From positions 1 through 32,541 of the forward strand of contig JALAIB010000101.1 in assembly GCA_023645945.1 (NCBI GenBank): a DNA stretch of 32,541 nt. Direction: 5' to 3'. Below, piece after piece: positions 31,180-32,541 of this stretch (position 1 is its first letter; each line of letters opens with the position of its first letter). The DNA is from Diploschistes diacapsis. Its lineage: Eukaryota. The notes beneath the pieces are model-generated. The model saw only the letters and a program-made list of their open reading frames with translations. It ran no database searches and was not told where the DNA came from. A program made the position numbers and the translations under genes.

Positions 31180-31285
31180 CAGTACTAGGCCAAAAGTAGT
31201 TAGGTACACCATAAGCGGCAGTAAAGAGTTGACTGTCTCTTTACTGCCGCTTATGGTGTACCTAACTACTTTTGGCACCTGACTG
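31180..31285. mobile_element. 106-bp MITE-like element with Tc1/mariner (impala-like) ends, almost fully palindromic, flanked by TA
   Basis: The layout is TA | CAGT-ACTAG-[40-bp arm 31189-31228]-TTGACTGT-[perfect reverse complement 31237-31276]-ACCTG-ACTG | TA. CAGT termini and a TA duplication are characteristic of Tc1/impala elements. Confidence 0.75.
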
Positions 31286-32541
31286 TAAGTCAAGAAGCAT
31301 ATGAATATTCTCTAGCCGAAGCTATACAAATCCCTGACCATGCCAGCCAGCAACCACCGCATCGTCGTGCATAGATTGACAGCCCGCTAAGCTTTCCTGT
31401 GGAAAGAAACCGCCTACCTGATAACCTAAGTACAAGCAATTGTTTTGCTCTCTCCTAGGTGGTCCCGAGTGGCATAGTAACTCGGAACTGTACATTTAGA
31501 GCAATAAGAATCCGTATATCGTCTACTACAGCCATTCATGTCGCTCTTTTCTTTTCTTTTCTAAATGATTTGTCTCAAGCCATTGCACGATTCAACCCAG
31601 TGCCCCGCAGATGGTATAGGTTCTTGAGCCGATGGCCTCAACCTTTGAGTTCAATCCACGGAGGCCTGCCCTGGGAGGCATATCTCCGAATCGATTTTGC
31701 AACCATCAACATGCCAACGCTATCTGCTTGGGCCTATCTACACCCACACGCGATCAGCCATGGCTCTTGGATAATCCGGAGATGGCCAATCGTGATGGGG
31801 GGTCTTACCTATTGGCCATAGGGTTAATAGCGTGGTTACACAGTATATTGTTCGCTCTGGCGGGCGACGGAGCTTCCGAACCGACGAGCGCGGCTGTCTT
31901 TCCTTTGCATTGAATGCCCCGTTCTATATGGACTTCCCTTAAGCCCATCCGAAGGTATCTTTGAATTCGGGCCCTGATCGCGGAGGGTTTTTTCCCGACA
32001 GCGGAAGCAGTGCTTCCGAAGGACCAAGCGAGCTAGGTCGGGCCCTTATCAAATACTCAATCAAGATTTTCGTGGTCAATAATCCAACCAAAGCTGCAAA
32101 AAGTCCCGACAGCACCGACAGCACCCGCCAAACTTGCAAGGGCATGTCGAGGAGGAACCGAGATACACCGTATAGCGGAACCGCGTGCCCGAGCCTCTGA
32201 GGGTTCCATCAAGATGGCCACTCGACACACCACTTTTCCCCTTCGAGGCCTGCTCGCGGATTACAAGCGTCCGTTCCTGCACATTGCAGCACAATGCTCT
32301 ATCTATCCGTCTTCCGCAGTCGACGCACCGGGGGGTGCTTTCCCGGCTTTTCCACCCCCGCCAGCACCCCATCTTCCAATCCTCAATCCTCATGCCCCCT
32401 CAGATCTCCATTCCATGCCTCCCCCCCTCTCAGATACCCGTCTTCTCCCAGAACACCGAATGCGTTTGTTTACGAGCAGACCAACCACAACCACAGCCGC
32501 AAACCACAAAAAAAAAAGGGGAAAAAAAAAAGATGCCCGAA

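Noticed and set aside
31082..31293. Mirror ORFs on both strands sharing PKVVRYTISGSKE
   Set aside because: An artefact of the 40-bp inverted repeat, not a gene pair.

Overview
Eukaryotic DNA from a filamentous ascomycete (Pezizomycotina), judged from gene content and short GT-AG introns with CTRAY branch points. Six protein-coding genes can be reconstructed by eye: an alpha-factor pheromone receptor (STE2/PreB type, minus), a low-complexity protein with C-terminal BRCT-like domains (plus), indoleamine 2,3-dioxygenase (minus), UTP21 (minus), the inositol pyrophosphate kinase/phosphatase VIP1/Asp1 (plus), and the sexual-development GATA factor NsdD (plus). NsdD is flanked by about 5.3 kb upstream and at least 8.4 kb downstream with no recognisable gene. 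The strongest oddity is that the last NsdD intron, which splits the zinc finger from its basic tail, ends in TGG rather than YAG. Three other introns use AAG acceptors, and all 12 reconstructed introns place the acceptor 8-15 nt after the branch motif. Other notable items are a 106-bp nearly palindromic Tc1/mariner-type MITE with a TA duplication, two stop-free 3n introns, an inverted pair of Ste12-type elements upstream of the receptor, and two clusters of complementary stems in non-coding DNA. All calls come from reading the sequence; no searches were run.
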